This document shows positions 30,209 through 40,590 of a stretch of 64,000 nucleotides of DNA, piece by piece. The notes beneath the pieces are model-generated. The model saw only the letters and a program-made list of their open reading frames with translations, was not told where the DNA came from and did no database searches. Numbering within the stretch: the first letter of the stretch is position 1; each line of letters begins with the position of its first letter. Both the position numbers and the translations under genes were made by a program. Location of the stretch: the NCBI GenBank assembly GCA_019058445.1, contig JAHPZA010000003.1, forward strand, positions 607,811-671,810. Direction: 5' to 3'. The DNA is from Promethearchaeota archaeon (lineage in GTDB: Archaea > Asgardarchaeota > Lokiarchaeia > Sigyniarchaeales > SOKP01).

Positions 30209-31828
30209 ATATCTATTCCAGCATCCATTCGAGAAGGTCCTCGAACTACAAATACCTTAGTCAAGAAAAGATATTTAATTCTATATTTTACTTTAATTAC
30301 AGTAAGCTCTCAACCTACATTATTATGGTTCTGGTATTTTTGGCAATTATTTCCAAAAGAAAGTATTCTTTTCTTTATATTCTTCCCTTTAGCGTTTCTT
30401 ATTGGTGTCATAATTTTAATTATAAGTTCAATAATTATTGCCAAATTCTTTCTTTCTATTATAAATACAATTCATAAACCTAAAGAGGGAATCTTTAACA
30501 GGAATAAGAAAGATAAAGATTATTGCTATTGGAGTATGAGAAATATCATCAAAAAGTGGCCTTTATGGTTGACAAGGCAATTAAACTTACCACTTCTTGA
30601 AACACTCGCACTTAAAGTTTTGGGAGTAAAATCCTTTAAAATTAACTGTGTTAATGGGGGCTGGCTTGATTGTGAGTTTATTGAATTTGGAAAAAATATT
30701 AAAATTGGCCAAGGAAGCATTATCATGTCTAATATTATAATTAGAGATAGACTAATGATAAAAAAAGTGGTGTTAGAAGATAATGTAATCGTTGGCGCTC
30801 ACTCTGTTGTCTGTCCGGGAACGATAATTAAAAAAAATACAATCCTTGATGCGCTTTCAATGACTTCAATAGGTCAAGTGCTCGAAAATGATTCTGTCTA
30901 TAGGGGCACACCAGCAAAGAAAACCATGAATAACCAACCAATTGCAAATATAGATGAGTTAGAAAAAGTCATATTTACACAAAAAATTAAGAGTAGAGAA
31001 GAAAATGAGGATTTAAGGACTGATATGAAAGAGATGTCAGTTCCCTTTCATGTGTATATCCTCTCAGGATGGTGGATCATGGGAGGCTCTTTTATTATCC
31101 CGGGATTTTTGTTCTTTATATTTATGTATTGGTTATTAATTCCAAACCTGTTTTCAAACCCATTTTCTTTAATTCTCTTATTAAACTTAGAGATTATCCT
31201 CATTATTTTACTTACACCAATCATCCTCATAGGAATATACTTACTACACTTATTTTTTGTAGCATTATTTACAAGCATTTTTTACCATTTCGCTGATTAC
31301 AGAGGTCCGGCACAAGGGATCTTTGACAGGAATTTAAATGAGCATTGGAAAGCCTTAGATTATTATCATTGGCGATCCTTTCTTTTAAAATATCCTGTAT
31401 TTGTATTTCTCAGATCTCCTTTTCCTTGGCTGCTGAATTGGGAACTAAGATTTATTGGCTCAAATAAAATAGGGAAGGGTACTGTATTTGAAGAGTGTTT
31501 CATTCATTCGCACTTAAATTTCGGGAACAATTGTTATATGGGTACATTTGCCCATATCAGCAATCACATGGTTGATGGTGTGTATGGCACCGAAAATTTA
31601 ACGTTTTATGGTGCAAAAATAGGGGATAATTGTGTATTTAATGCCTTAATTGGGGGAATGCCCGGCTTAGAGGTAGGTGATAATGCCACCTTTTTACCTA
31701 TGGCAACTACTATAAAATATGATAAGATGGAAGACAATGGAATCTATATAGGTTTTCCTGCGCGTAGATTGAATAAAGAAACAGCAAAAAAATTTATAGG
31801 TGAAGAGTTTCATGACAGCGGAGAATGA
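30209..31828 (+). CDS. Membrane protein with two [TM pair + left-handed beta-helix acyltransferase-like] units; start extended ~110 codons beyond the track
   Basis: Frame open from the TAA at 30194-30196; the extension encodes TM helices and HKPKEGIF..KDKDYCYW matching the next gene; hexapeptide repeats. Confidence 0.75.
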   Translation: MSIPASIREGPRTTNTLVKKRYLILYFTLITVSSQPTLLWFWYFWQLFPKESILFFIFFPLAFLIGVIILIISSIIIAKFFLSIINTIHKPKEGIFNRNKKDKDYCYWSMRNIIKKWPLWLTRQLNLPLLETLALKVLGVKSFKINCVNGGWLDCEFIEFGKNIKIGQGSIIMSNIIIRDRLMIKKVVLEDNVIVGAHSVVCPGTIIKKNTILDALSMTSIGQVLENDSVYRGTPAKKTMNNQPIANIDELEKVIFTQKIKSREENEDLRTDMKEMSVPFHVYILSGWWIMGGSFIIPGFLFFIFMYWLLIPNLFSNPFSLILLLNLEIILIILLTPIILIGIYLLHLFFVALFTSIFYHFADYRGPAQGIFDRNLNEHWKALDYYHWRSFLLKYPVFVFLRSPFPWLLNWELRFIGSNKIGKGTVFEECFIHSHLNFGNNCYMGTFAHISNHMVDGVYGTENLTFYGAKIGDNCVFNALIGGMPGLEVGDNATFLPMATTIKYDKMEDNGIYIGFPARRLNKETAKKFIGEEFHDSGE

Positions 31829-32840
31829 AAAAACTCAAGGTCCGCATGAAAATTCAGTGGATATTGCTAAGTATCCAATTACTACCAATGTATTCGCGTG
31901 GTCACCCGCTTCAATTTTAATTTATTTATTATTACACATCTTTTCTTTTTTGATACCTTCTTTAATGATATTAACATTTTATTCTGGTGCACTTGATTTT
32001 GATCTTATATCAAATTGGTGGAGAATCCTTCTTATTTTTTTAGATATAATGGTATGGTGGTGGATTTATTTATTATCGGGGCTACTCTTAGGAAAATTAT
32101 TATTGATTATACTCGGATTAATTCATAAACCAAGAGAAGGTTTATTTAAAGTAGATAGGAATGATAAAGACTATTACTATTACTGCCTACGATATACCAT
32201 AAAAAAATTCATTTTCTGGACATGGAACAATTTTTGCTTTCCTTGGGTGTCCAACTTAGCTTTTAAGATCTGTAATATGAGAGCGGATTTTAAATCTACG
32301 ATGTTCGATGGATGGAGTGATTTAGAGTTTATTGAATACGGAAATAACATCATGATTGGACAAGGTGCGGTCGTACTTTCAAGTATGATCATAGGAGATC
32401 ATTTTTTAATTAAAAAAGTAATCATTGGAGATCATGTGGTTTTAGGAGGCAATTCAATTGTGAGTCCCGGGACAGTTATTGGCAGTGGAACTACTTTAGG
32501 AGTATGGGCAAGCACTCACATAGGACAAATATTAGAATCAGACTGGATTTATATTGGAAGGCCCGCTAGAAAGTTTAAGCAAACGAAAATCATTTATGAA
32601 GAGAGTAAAAAAGAAAGTGAAGTTGGTACCTTTAGACGGTTGGTCGATACAAACGAAAAAGCTCCACATACTGTAAAACGATATGTTAAGAAAGACATGG
32701 TAGGGATTGCAATAGATAATTTAGAAAAACTCTACGAAAAATGGAAAGAATCAGTAGAAGTGAAAAATAAAAAAGAATTAAAGAAGAAGTATAAGAAAAG
32801 TAAAAGAGAAATTAAAAAGAAGCAATTTAATGAGGTATAA
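31812..32840 (+). CDS. Membrane protein with one [TM pair + left-handed beta-helix] unit
   Basis: HKPREGLF..DKDYYYY, VIIGDHVVLGGNSIVSPGTVIGSG; overlaps the upstream stop. Confidence 0.8.
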   Translation: MTAENEKTQGPHENSVDIAKYPITTNVFAWSPASILIYLLLHIFSFLIPSLMILTFYSGALDFDLISNWWRILLIFLDIMVWWWIYLLSGLLLGKLLLIILGLIHKPREGLFKVDRNDKDYYYYCLRYTIKKFIFWTWNNFCFPWVSNLAFKICNMRADFKSTMFDGWSDLEFIEYGNNIMIGQGAVVLSSMIIGDHFLIKKVIIGDHVVLGGNSIVSPGTVIGSGTTLGVWASTHIGQILESDWIYIGRPARKFKQTKIIYEESKKESEVGTFRRLVDTNEKAPHTVKRYVKKDMVGIAIDNLEKLYEKWKESVEVKNKKELKKKYKKSKREIKKKQFNEV

Positions 32841-32990
32841 TTTTTAAAAAAAAATCGTATTTTCTTAAAACTTTAAATACTAAATTAGCTCTATAAATAC
32901 TATATTACTAAATTTATTCAAGAAATTTAGTTACCAAAAAAAAAAAAATCAATTTTTAAAAATTAATTTAATATAAGGTGTAAGGATAAA

Positions 32991-33689
32991 ATGGTATCAA
33001 CTCTAGGTTATCTTGATGGCCTTACGGCTACAGGTATTATATTGTCTGCTGTTATATTCGGTCTTTTGTCTTTTCATTCCGCCAGAAAATTGGATGCTAG
33101 ACTCCTAGCTGTGGCAGGGGTGATGATGATCTTTATAGGACTTTTTTGGTTAGGACCTTTTGTTGATTTTCTTTCAATACTATTTACAGGTAAAAATATA
33201 AGACCTATATACGTTTATGGTTGGTTATCCTATGTCTGGGTGGCTCCTGCGATCATCGTATCCATGTACCTAGGTTCTGAGCTTTTGGTTCCGGAAAAAA
33301 AGAAGATAGTAATAGCAATTTACGCAATATTGGGTATAATTTTTGAATTTCTTATTTTTCTAGACGTATCAGGAACTTTTACATTTACGCTAAACAATCC
33401 CGGTCAAGATACAATTGACTCCAGCTTTAATCGAACCTCTCCCACTTATTGGATCATTATCTTTTTTCTAATCTCAACATTGATATTTGAAGGTTTTGGT
33501 TTTGCGATTAAAGCTAAACAGGCAACTGGTGAAATACGGAAAAAATTCACTTTTCTATCAATTGGTTTCATAGTATTCGTAGTATGCGGTGCTATTGACT
33601 CGATTTTACCTTTAGGAGTTGCGATTGGATTTAGCAGAGCGGTAATGATGTCGTTTTCATTGTGGATGTACCTTGGTCTTAAGACATAA
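32991..33689 (+). CDS. Seven-TM membrane protein of unknown function
   Basis: Seven hydrophobic segments; close paralog immediately downstream. Confidence 0.75.
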   Translation: MVSTLGYLDGLTATGIILSAVIFGLLSFHSARKLDARLLAVAGVMMIFIGLFWLGPFVDFLSILFTGKNIRPIYVYGWLSYVWVAPAIIVSMYLGSELLVPEKKKIVIAIYAILGIIFEFLIFLDVSGTFTFTLNNPGQDTIDSSFNRTSPTYWIIIFFLISTLIFEGFGFAIKAKQATGEIRKKFTFLSIGFIVFVVCGAIDSILPLGVAIGFSRAVMMSFSLWMYLGLKT

Positions 33690-33868
33690 TTAATAATCTA
33701 ATATTTTTTTTTATTTATTTCAATCGGGAGTTTTTACCTTAGAGAATTTAGGGTAATTAAAATGAAATTCATAATTAAAAGTTTAAATAAATTTTAATCA
33801 TAATACTATTAAATAATGATTTAAAAATTTGAAAAATTAGCAATGAATTAACCAGAGGTAGACATAAA

Positions 33869-34569
33869 ATGGTTTCTCAAATGGGTTTATTAGATGGCCT
33901 AACTGCCTTAGGAGTTATTATCTCTTCTCTCATCTGTGGTTCCTTATCTATTTACAATTCAAAAAAACTGGATGCAAAACTCCTTTATTATCAGGATTAT
34001 CAATGGTTTTATCAGGTTTATTATATCTGGGACCTGCTACTGATTTTATCTTAGTCTTAACAACTGGAAAAAATATTAGGCCGATATATTGGTATGGAAT
34101 TTTAAGTTATATGTGGGTAGGAGCATCAATACTACCATCTATGTACGTAGGTGCTGAACTTATAGCTCCTAAGAAAAAGAAGGTTATATTAGTAATATAT
34201 CTAATTTTAGGTTTAATTTTTGAAGCATTCTTATGGTTAGATACTTCAAATGCGTTTACTTTCACGCTTGGCACCCCAGGGGAAGATTTAATTGACGCAA
34301 GTTATAATCGGAATCATCCAACTTTCTTCTTTATCGCATTTTTTCTTTTGTCAGTTTTTATTTTTCTAGGAATAGGTTTTCTTGTAAAAGCTAAACAAGC
34401 CACTGGTGCAATAAGAAAAAAATTCATATTGATGTCTTTAGGATATTTAGATTTTGTAATTTGTGGGATGCTGGATTCTTTATTTGCTCCGGGTATAATG
34501 CTGTTTTTTGTTAGACTTGCAATGATGGGCAGTTCATGGTTAATCTATATTGGATTAAAACCGGGATAA
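33869..34569 (+). pseudogene. Frameshifted paralog of the upstream 7TM protein (or sequencing error)
   Basis: Track ORFs 33869-34054 and 34003-34569 match the N- and C-parts of the paralog; adding one T at 33984-33986 restores KLLLLSGLSMVLSG. Confidence 0.75.
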
Positions 34570-34719
34570 CAATTTTAAACCAATTTTTTTTAAATTTAAT
34601 TTTTATTTACTCTTTTATATACTAAAGAATTAAATTAAACCAAGAAATCATATTCATTAAAAATGGATTTAATGAAAAAAACAAATTTGAGAATATAACC
34701 AAAACTTTAGGTGATAATA

Positions 34720-35466
34720 ATTATTAAATTAGTGTTATTAAGGCATGGAGAAAGTGTATGGAATAAAGAAAACAGGTTTACTGGCTGGACTGATGTGGAT
34801 CTTTCAGAGAAAGGAATTGAAGAAGCAAAAGAAGCGGGAAAAAAATTAAAGGAAGAGGGTTATATATTTGATGTAGCATATACTTCCGTGTTAAAACGGG
34901 GTATTAGAACACTTTGGATCGTATTGGATGAGATGGATTTAATGTGGATCCCCGTCTATCGATCATGGAGATTAAATGAAAGACATTACGGGGCTTTACA
35001 GGGCTTCTATAAATCCAAAATGGCAACTGAAGTAGGGGAAGAACAAGTATTAATTTGGAGGAGAAGTTATGATATCCCTCCTCCCGCTCTAAAGACAAGT
35101 GATACAAGATATCCCGGTAACGATCCAAGATATAAAGAGATAAATCCCGATGAAATTCCATTGACAGAGTGTTTAAAAGACACTGTAGAGAGGTTTATGC
35201 CATATTGGCACGATACTATTGTCCCTACTCTTAAGGCTGGGAAAAAAGTATTGATTTCTGCACATGGCAACAGTTTACGAGCATTAGTAAAATATCTTGA
35301 TAATGTCCCAGAAGAAGAAATTGTAAGCCTAAATATTCCAACAGGAATCCCTTTAGTATATGAGCTTGATGAGGATTTAAAACCAATAGAGCATTATTAT
35401 CTTGGCGATGCTGAAGAAATCCAAAAGGCAGTTAAAGCCGTTGAAGACCAGGGGAAAGCTAAGTAA
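34720..35466 (+). CDS. gpmA: 2,3-bisphosphoglycerate-dependent phosphoglycerate mutase
   Basis: [40 protein letters not shown]; start placed at ATT after AGGTGA (track start 34711). Confidence 0.95.
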   Translation: MIKLVLLRHGESVWNKENRFTGWTDVDLSEKGIEEAKEAGKKLKEEGYIFDVAYTSVLKRGIRTLWIVLDEMDLMWIPVYRSWRLNERHYGALQGFYKSKMATEVGEEQVLIWRRSYDIPPPALKTSDTRYPGNDPRYKEINPDEIPLTECLKDTVERFMPYWHDTIVPTLKAGKKVLISAHGNSLRALVKYLDNVPEEEIVSLNIPTGIPLVYELDEDLKPIEHYYLGDAEEIQKAVKAVEDQGKAK

Positions 35467-35534
35467 ATAAATTGAAGTAATTTTGATTTATAATTCGAAT
35501 CATAAAAAAATAAACAAGAAAAGGTTGCTAAGAA

Positions 35535-36104
35535 TTGACAAAAAAAAAATTTCGGGCTAGAGCATTCTTTTATCCTCTCACAACGATTATTGCTGGGGTA
35601 GATATCAATGATAAACCAAACTTCCTCACAATTGCTTTCTGCGGAATGTTTCATTATAAACCTCCAATGCTTTACATATCTTCCGGAAAGGCTCACTATT
35701 CTAATCAAGGCATATTGGAAAATGAAACATTCAGTGTAAATTTTCCGTCAGTTGATATGGTTAAAGCAACCGATTACGTTGGAATGAAATCAGGAAAAGA
35801 AATTGATAAAGCCTTACTATTTGATGTCTTTTATGGAGAACTAAAAACTGCTCCAATGATAAATGAGGCTCCCATGAATCATGAATGTAAATTGGTAAAA
35901 GTTCTTGATTTTGGTGGAACGAATGAAATATTTGTCGGAGAAATCATTCAGACTTATATTGATGAAGAATGTCTAGTAAATGGAAAGCCTGATATAAGAA
36001 AAATACGACCCATATTATTTTCTGGTTATAATAATAATTATTTAGAGATAGGGAATAATATCGGTCAGGCTTATAAAATTGGTCGTGACTATGAAAAAAA
36101 ATAG
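35535..36104 (+). CDS. Flavin reductase family protein (flavoredoxin-like)
   Basis: KPNFLTIA, FSVNFP, VGMKSG, APMI.E...ECK, FVGEI. Confidence 0.88.
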   Translation: MTKKKFRARAFFYPLTTIIAGVDINDKPNFLTIAFCGMFHYKPPMLYISSGKAHYSNQGILENETFSVNFPSVDMVKATDYVGMKSGKEIDKALLFDVFYGELKTAPMINEAPMNHECKLVKVLDFGGTNEIFVGEIIQTYIDEECLVNGKPDIRKIRPILFSGYNNNYLEIGNNIGQAYKIGRDYEKK

Positions 36105-36152
36105 AATCTTTTTTTTTTAATTTTAATAAAGTACATTATGTAACTAATTTAT

Positions 36153-37466
36153 TTAGCTTTGAAATCTAATTATATCTATTTTTAAAAGGGAAGCTAAATA
36201 TTCTAAAGATTTAAGATAATTACCATAAGCTATTATCCAGTGATGTCCCAATCCAAATTTTTCAACGATTTCCAAATATTTATTTATTGAAGTCGGTAAT
36301 TTTACTCGGATTGGATTTCCGGGGAACACCATTTCTGTTTTGATCGCTTCTCCTTCAATTATACCCATTCGATAGGTCCCTTTTCGACCCACTAAATTTA
36401 CCATGGTTACTTTTCCCAGTTTTGAGGGGAATAACACGCAAAGTCCTCTATTCGCAAGTCTTACGTTGGCAAGTTCAATTTCTTGATGACTTTTAGCCAA
36501 CTCAAAAGAGCCGCTTCCACAATGACTCCCTATAATACTATTATCATCCTCAAATAAATATAAGGGATCAATATTGTGGACAGGACTTCCCGATAAGTTC
36601 ATTAAAATATACATAAGGATGAGTGCATTGATATCACCTTCACAAGCTCCTGGAATGCCCTCATCTGCCAGAAGACTAAATGCTAAACAAAGCTCTCCCA
36701 TATAATCGGGGTAACATTCTATGGTTACTCCAGAGATGTGCTCAGTTTTTAGAATCCTTTTTAAGGCCAAATAATTCTTTATAGCTTTTATTCCATCAGA
36801 TTCACTCACAGAAATTTTACCCACTTTTTCCCTTACATCCCCCCATAAATCTGAGGCACTATTATCAGCTATATAATTAACCTCTTCCTTAAATTTATCA
36901 ATTCCAATTGATATAATTCTTGGTCCAAAGATTTCTTTAACCGAATATTCATCACAGATTACTTCAGCCATGCCCTGAGTTCGATGCCCTATTTTTAAAA
37001 ATCGTAAGGATTTCATATTATTTTTTAAGGAACTACATGTGGCATAAGTCTTTATTTTTTCAAGAGCTTGTTCATCATCTCTATAAACAAATATGCATTC
37101 CTTTTTTAATTCTTTAAACACCATGTTAAATTGTAAACCCCCACACATACTTCCCGCATGCATATGAGGATAAGTCCAAAATATAAAGGGGATATCGCAT
37201 ATTGAACTCATATCTAATATATAATCATCTGAACTCCAAGTAACAAGCTTTACACATACAATATCCACCTCAGCTTTTTTAAATTGATTTCCAACTAATA
37301 TGGCAGAGTCAACATCTTTCACCAATTTGTCAGCAACTATTAGTTCGAGATTTTTGATTGATTTCAATAAAGTTATTGAATTTTCAAAAATCGTAGGAGC
37401 CTTTTCAGCATTCTGTTCAAATGGATGATAAATTACACAAAATCCGACTTTAGGTAGCATTACCAA
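36153..37466 (-). CDS. L-fucose/L-arabinose isomerase family protein
   Basis: ACEGD, SHCG, GHHW motifs. Confidence 0.85.
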   Translation of the reverse strand: MVMLPKVGFCVIYHPFEQNAEKAPTIFENSITLLKSIKNLELIVADKLVKDVDSAILVGNQFKKAEVDIVCVKLVTWSSDDYILDMSSICDIPFIFWTYPHMHAGSMCGGLQFNMVFKELKKECIFVYRDDEQALEKIKTYATCSSLKNNMKSLRFLKIGHRTQGMAEVICDEYSVKEIFGPRIISIGIDKFKEEVNYIADNSASDLWGDVREKVGKISVSESDGIKAIKNYLALKRILKTEHISGVTIECYPDYMGELCLAFSLLADEGIPGACEGDINALILMYILMNLSGSPVHNIDPLYLFEDDNSIIGSHCGSGSFELAKSHQEIELANVRLANRGLCVLFPSKLGKVTMVNLVGRKGTYRMGIIEGEAIKTEMVFPGNPIRVKLPTSINKYLEIVEKFGLGHHWIIAYGNYLKSLEYLASLLKIDIIRFQS

Positions 37467-37590
37467 AACCTTCTCAAATTAATATTTGAATTGTAGTTTA
37501 TTTTTTTCTTTCTATATTATATTTGAAATCAATAACAATTTAAAAAATAGGAAGTAAATATTTTTAAGCACGTGAAATTTATGTTTAAAA

Positions 37591-38379
37591 ATGGAGAAAG
37601 AATTGTTTATTGATGATCCTAGAATATCAAATGTTGTATTCTATCCTCGTAAAACTTCAATACCAAGTGATTTGCCAACCAATATGAAAGTATTAAACTT
37701 TAATATTAATGAAGATATTCTAATTGGAGGTTATTATTTCCTTCAAGATGAAAACCTTCCAACAGTATTATTATTTCATGGAAATGGCGAAGTTGCTCTT
37801 GAATATCATTATTTTATTGATTTATTTTTCGAATGTGGCGTGAATTTAGCGGTTGCTGATTTTAGAGGGTATGGACACAGCTCTGGAAAACCCACATATA
37901 GCAGCTTAATAACAGACGCATTGCCAGTCTACAAAGAGTTTAAAAAATGGATTGATGAAAATGGCTTTAAAAATTCACTTTTTATTCAAGGACGCTCTCT
38001 TGGAAGTGTATGCGCATCAGAAATTGGATCGCATAATCCTAAAGATGTGCGCGGGATTATTTTTGAATCAGGATTTGGGAGTGTTTATAATATGATGACA
38101 AGATTGTTCAGAGTAGAAATCCCCGATGACATGCGCGAAATTATTCAAAAATATTCCAATGATACAAGAATAGAAAAATTTCAAAAACCCACTTTAATCA
38201 TCCATGGGACGATGGATTGGATTATCCCAAGTAGCGAGGCAGAGGTGATTTTCAATGCTTTACCTGAGGAAATTGATAAGAAATTGATCATGATTGAGGG
38301 TGCCGGACATAATAACATCTTTTCCTATCAAAACGAATATTTTACTCCGTTCAAAGACTTTATTGAAAAATATAAATAA
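37591..38379 (+). CDS. Alpha/beta hydrolase (ABHD13/17-like)
   Basis: FHGNGE, DFRGYG, GRSLG, HGTMD, GAGHN. Confidence 0.9.
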   Translation: MEKELFIDDPRISNVVFYPRKTSIPSDLPTNMKVLNFNINEDILIGGYYFLQDENLPTVLLFHGNGEVALEYHYFIDLFFECGVNLAVADFRGYGHSSGKPTYSSLITDALPVYKEFKKWIDENGFKNSLFIQGRSLGSVCASEIGSHNPKDVRGIIFESGFGSVYNMMTRLFRVEIPDDMREIIQKYSNDTRIEKFQKPTLIIHGTMDWIIPSSEAEVIFNALPEEIDKKLIMIEGAGHNNIFSYQNEYFTPFKDFIEKYK

Positions 38380-38488
38380 TTTAATATAGTTCCATTCCAA
38401 TTTTTTATAAAGCTAAAAGTCATCTATACAATTTATCACTTACTCTATTAAATAATAAAAAACAACAGATATTTCGGCCTTATTTCTC

Positions 38489-39475
38489 ATGAAGCTTTAT
38501 GTATTAGTTTTTGTTTTACCATCATTTGTGATTATAAGCGCTATATTAATTTATATCCTATTTCTTGAATTAGATGCATTATTTTTGGGAATTATCTATA
38601 GCATCATTGCATGTTTAGTTATAATTATCCTCTTTAAAGCGGGAATTCATTCCACTCAAAGCCACTTTGATCATATTTCAAAAGATTCAGTAGATATTCA
38701 AAAAGTAGAAGTAATTTTCGATGATGGTGTGAAGTCAATAGGGAATTTTTACCGTTCCATGTCAGAAACGATATTAACACCTCAAGGAAGGCGTTATCCC
38801 GAACCGAGACCAACTATTTTATTTTTTCATGGATTTTGGAATAAAAAGGAAATTAACGAATTACATTTAATACCATTAGCCCACATGGGCTATATTAGTG
38901 TTGCTTTTGATCAGAGAGGTCATGGAGAAGCAGGGGGTAAAAAAGGTGATTGGTATAATATGTTTAACGATGTTGTTGCTGTGCTAAATTTAATCTGCTC
39001 CATTGAAGATGTTCGAGAGGGTTACATATGCTGCATTGGTAAATCTATGGGGGGAACTTCTGTCCTTACACGATGTTATCAAGATGAGAGAGTTGCGATG
39101 GTTATCGCGATGAGTGCATTGCACGATGTAGATCTTCTGCTTAATCATAAGTTTCGCTTTTTATCAGCCGGATGGTTCGTAAGGCATGAAATCTCTAAAG
39201 TTAAGAATAAAGCTGCTTTAAAAATTGCCGCTCATTATTTTCTGAAACATGACCCAAGCTTCAATAAAAACCGCGTTTTTTTAATTCATGCACGTAAAGA
39301 TCAAATTTTCCCTCCCCAGCTTACATTTAAATTAAATAAAGAGCAGGCAGGAATTCCTGAAAATCATGCTATCTTACTAAATAATTGCGGGCATAGTTTA
39401 GAGGGTCAAGAGTCCTTAGTTTTCGGGATAATCCTTAAATGGATACGAGAAAATAAAGCCATGAAATTAACATAA
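38489..39475 (+). CDS. Membrane-anchored alpha/beta hydrolase
   Basis: Two N-terminal TMs; FHGF, DQRGHG, GKSMGG, D and CGH triad residues. Confidence 0.85.
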   Translation: MKLYVLVFVLPSFVIISAILIYILFLELDALFLGIIYSIIACLVIIILFKAGIHSTQSHFDHISKDSVDIQKVEVIFDDGVKSIGNFYRSMSETILTPQGRRYPEPRPTILFFHGFWNKKEINELHLIPLAHMGYISVAFDQRGHGEAGGKKGDWYNMFNDVVAVLNLICSIEDVREGYICCIGKSMGGTSVLTRCYQDERVAMVIAMSALHDVDLLLNHKFRFLSAGWFVRHEISKVKNKAALKIAAHYFLKHDPSFNKNRVFLIHARKDQIFPPQLTFKLNKEQAGIPENHAILLNNCGHSLEGQESLVFGIILKWIRENKAMKLT

Positions 39476-39490
39476 AACAAGCTTAAAAGG

Positions 39491-40012
39491 TTATTTCTGT
39501 TGGTTTACAATATGTTCTGTTAAAATATTGAAACCCTTGCCCACATTTAGTCCTGTTTTTGAAGAAGTTTTAATATAATCAATCATATTTAATTTTTTTT
39601 GCTTTAGCTCGGCGTAGTAATCCGCAACCATGGAATATTCTTTTAAATCATATTTAGTAGCTAAAAGGAGGATAGGCAGATTTTTATCATAAATTCTAAG
39701 AAGCTGAGTCCATTTATCTATATTTACAAAACTCTTCCAGCTGGTTGTATCAAAAAGCAGTAATGCGCCTCGAGCTCCAGGTATATATTCTTTAACCATA
39801 TATCGAAATCGTTCTTGTCCCCCAATATCGAAGATTTGAAGATGGCAAGTTATATTATTTTCTAATTCGATTTCTTTTAGAAAAAATTCAACTCCAACTG
39901 TCATAGTAGTTGTATCGATGAATTTTCCTTCTAAAAACCGATGGACTAATGTAGTTTTACCTACTGAAGCATCTCCTGCTATTAACGTCTTTAATAAAAC
40001 TTGTTTTTTCAT
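39491..40012 (-). CDS. Rab-like small GTPase
   Basis: G1 GDASVGKT, TVGVEF, G3 DIGGQERF, G4 TKYD, G5 TSSK; no C-terminal Cys. Confidence 0.92.
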   Translation of the reverse strand: MKKQVLLKTLIAGDASVGKTTLVHRFLEGKFIDTTTMTVGVEFFLKEIELENNITCHLQIFDIGGQERFRYMVKEYIPGARGALLLFDTTSWKSFVNIDKWTQLLRIYDKNLPILLLATKYDLKEYSMVADYYAELKQKKLNMIDYIKTSSKTGLNVGKGFNILTEHIVNQQK

Positions 40013-40305
40013 GTGAAGCTTAGTGATTTTAAAAAATTTGCAGATTATATTTTATATCAAAATACTCCATTATAAAATTATATTTTACGTTAAGTTTTTT
40101 ACCTTCTATCTTTTTTTTATAAAATATAATTTTTATCTTAAAATTCTTATAAGATAAAAGTGTTTGGAAGAATTTACTTATACCAATTAATTATCACTCT
40201 TAAATTTAGAATTTTCTGAACTATTGGACTACTTAAGTTTTTAATTTCCTGTTTCTCATATGAATAATAGGAATAAATTAATTTTATACCAAGGAGGTAG
40301 ATTAG

Positions 40306-40452
40306 ATGGAGAAAAAAAATAAATTAAAGTTTTGCTTTTACTGCGGTTCTCTATTACCGCGCTATAAAGAAGGCGAAACTAAATATTGTGTCTATTGCGG
40401 AGTGAAATTACCGTACAAAATAATTGTTGGAAAAAACCCGGTTGATACTTAA
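40306..40452 (+). CDS. 48-aa zinc-ribbon microprotein (MEKKNKLKFCFYCGSLLPRYKEGETKYCVYCGVKLPYKIIVGKNPVDT); not in ORF track
   Basis: Two CxxCG knuckles; AGGAGGT ribosome-binding site just upstream of ATG. Confidence 0.8.
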   Translation: MEKKNKLKFCFYCGSLLPRYKEGETKYCVYCGVKLPYKIIVGKNPVDT

Positions 40453-40590
40453 TAATTTAATAAAAAGCAAGTAAATTCAATTTATCTTAGAATATAATAA
40501 GAGAACTTTAAAGATATTTTTATTTTATTAAGCAATGCTTATCAAGTGCAAAAGTCTAATAACTAAAACAGAGATAATACGAAAATATTA

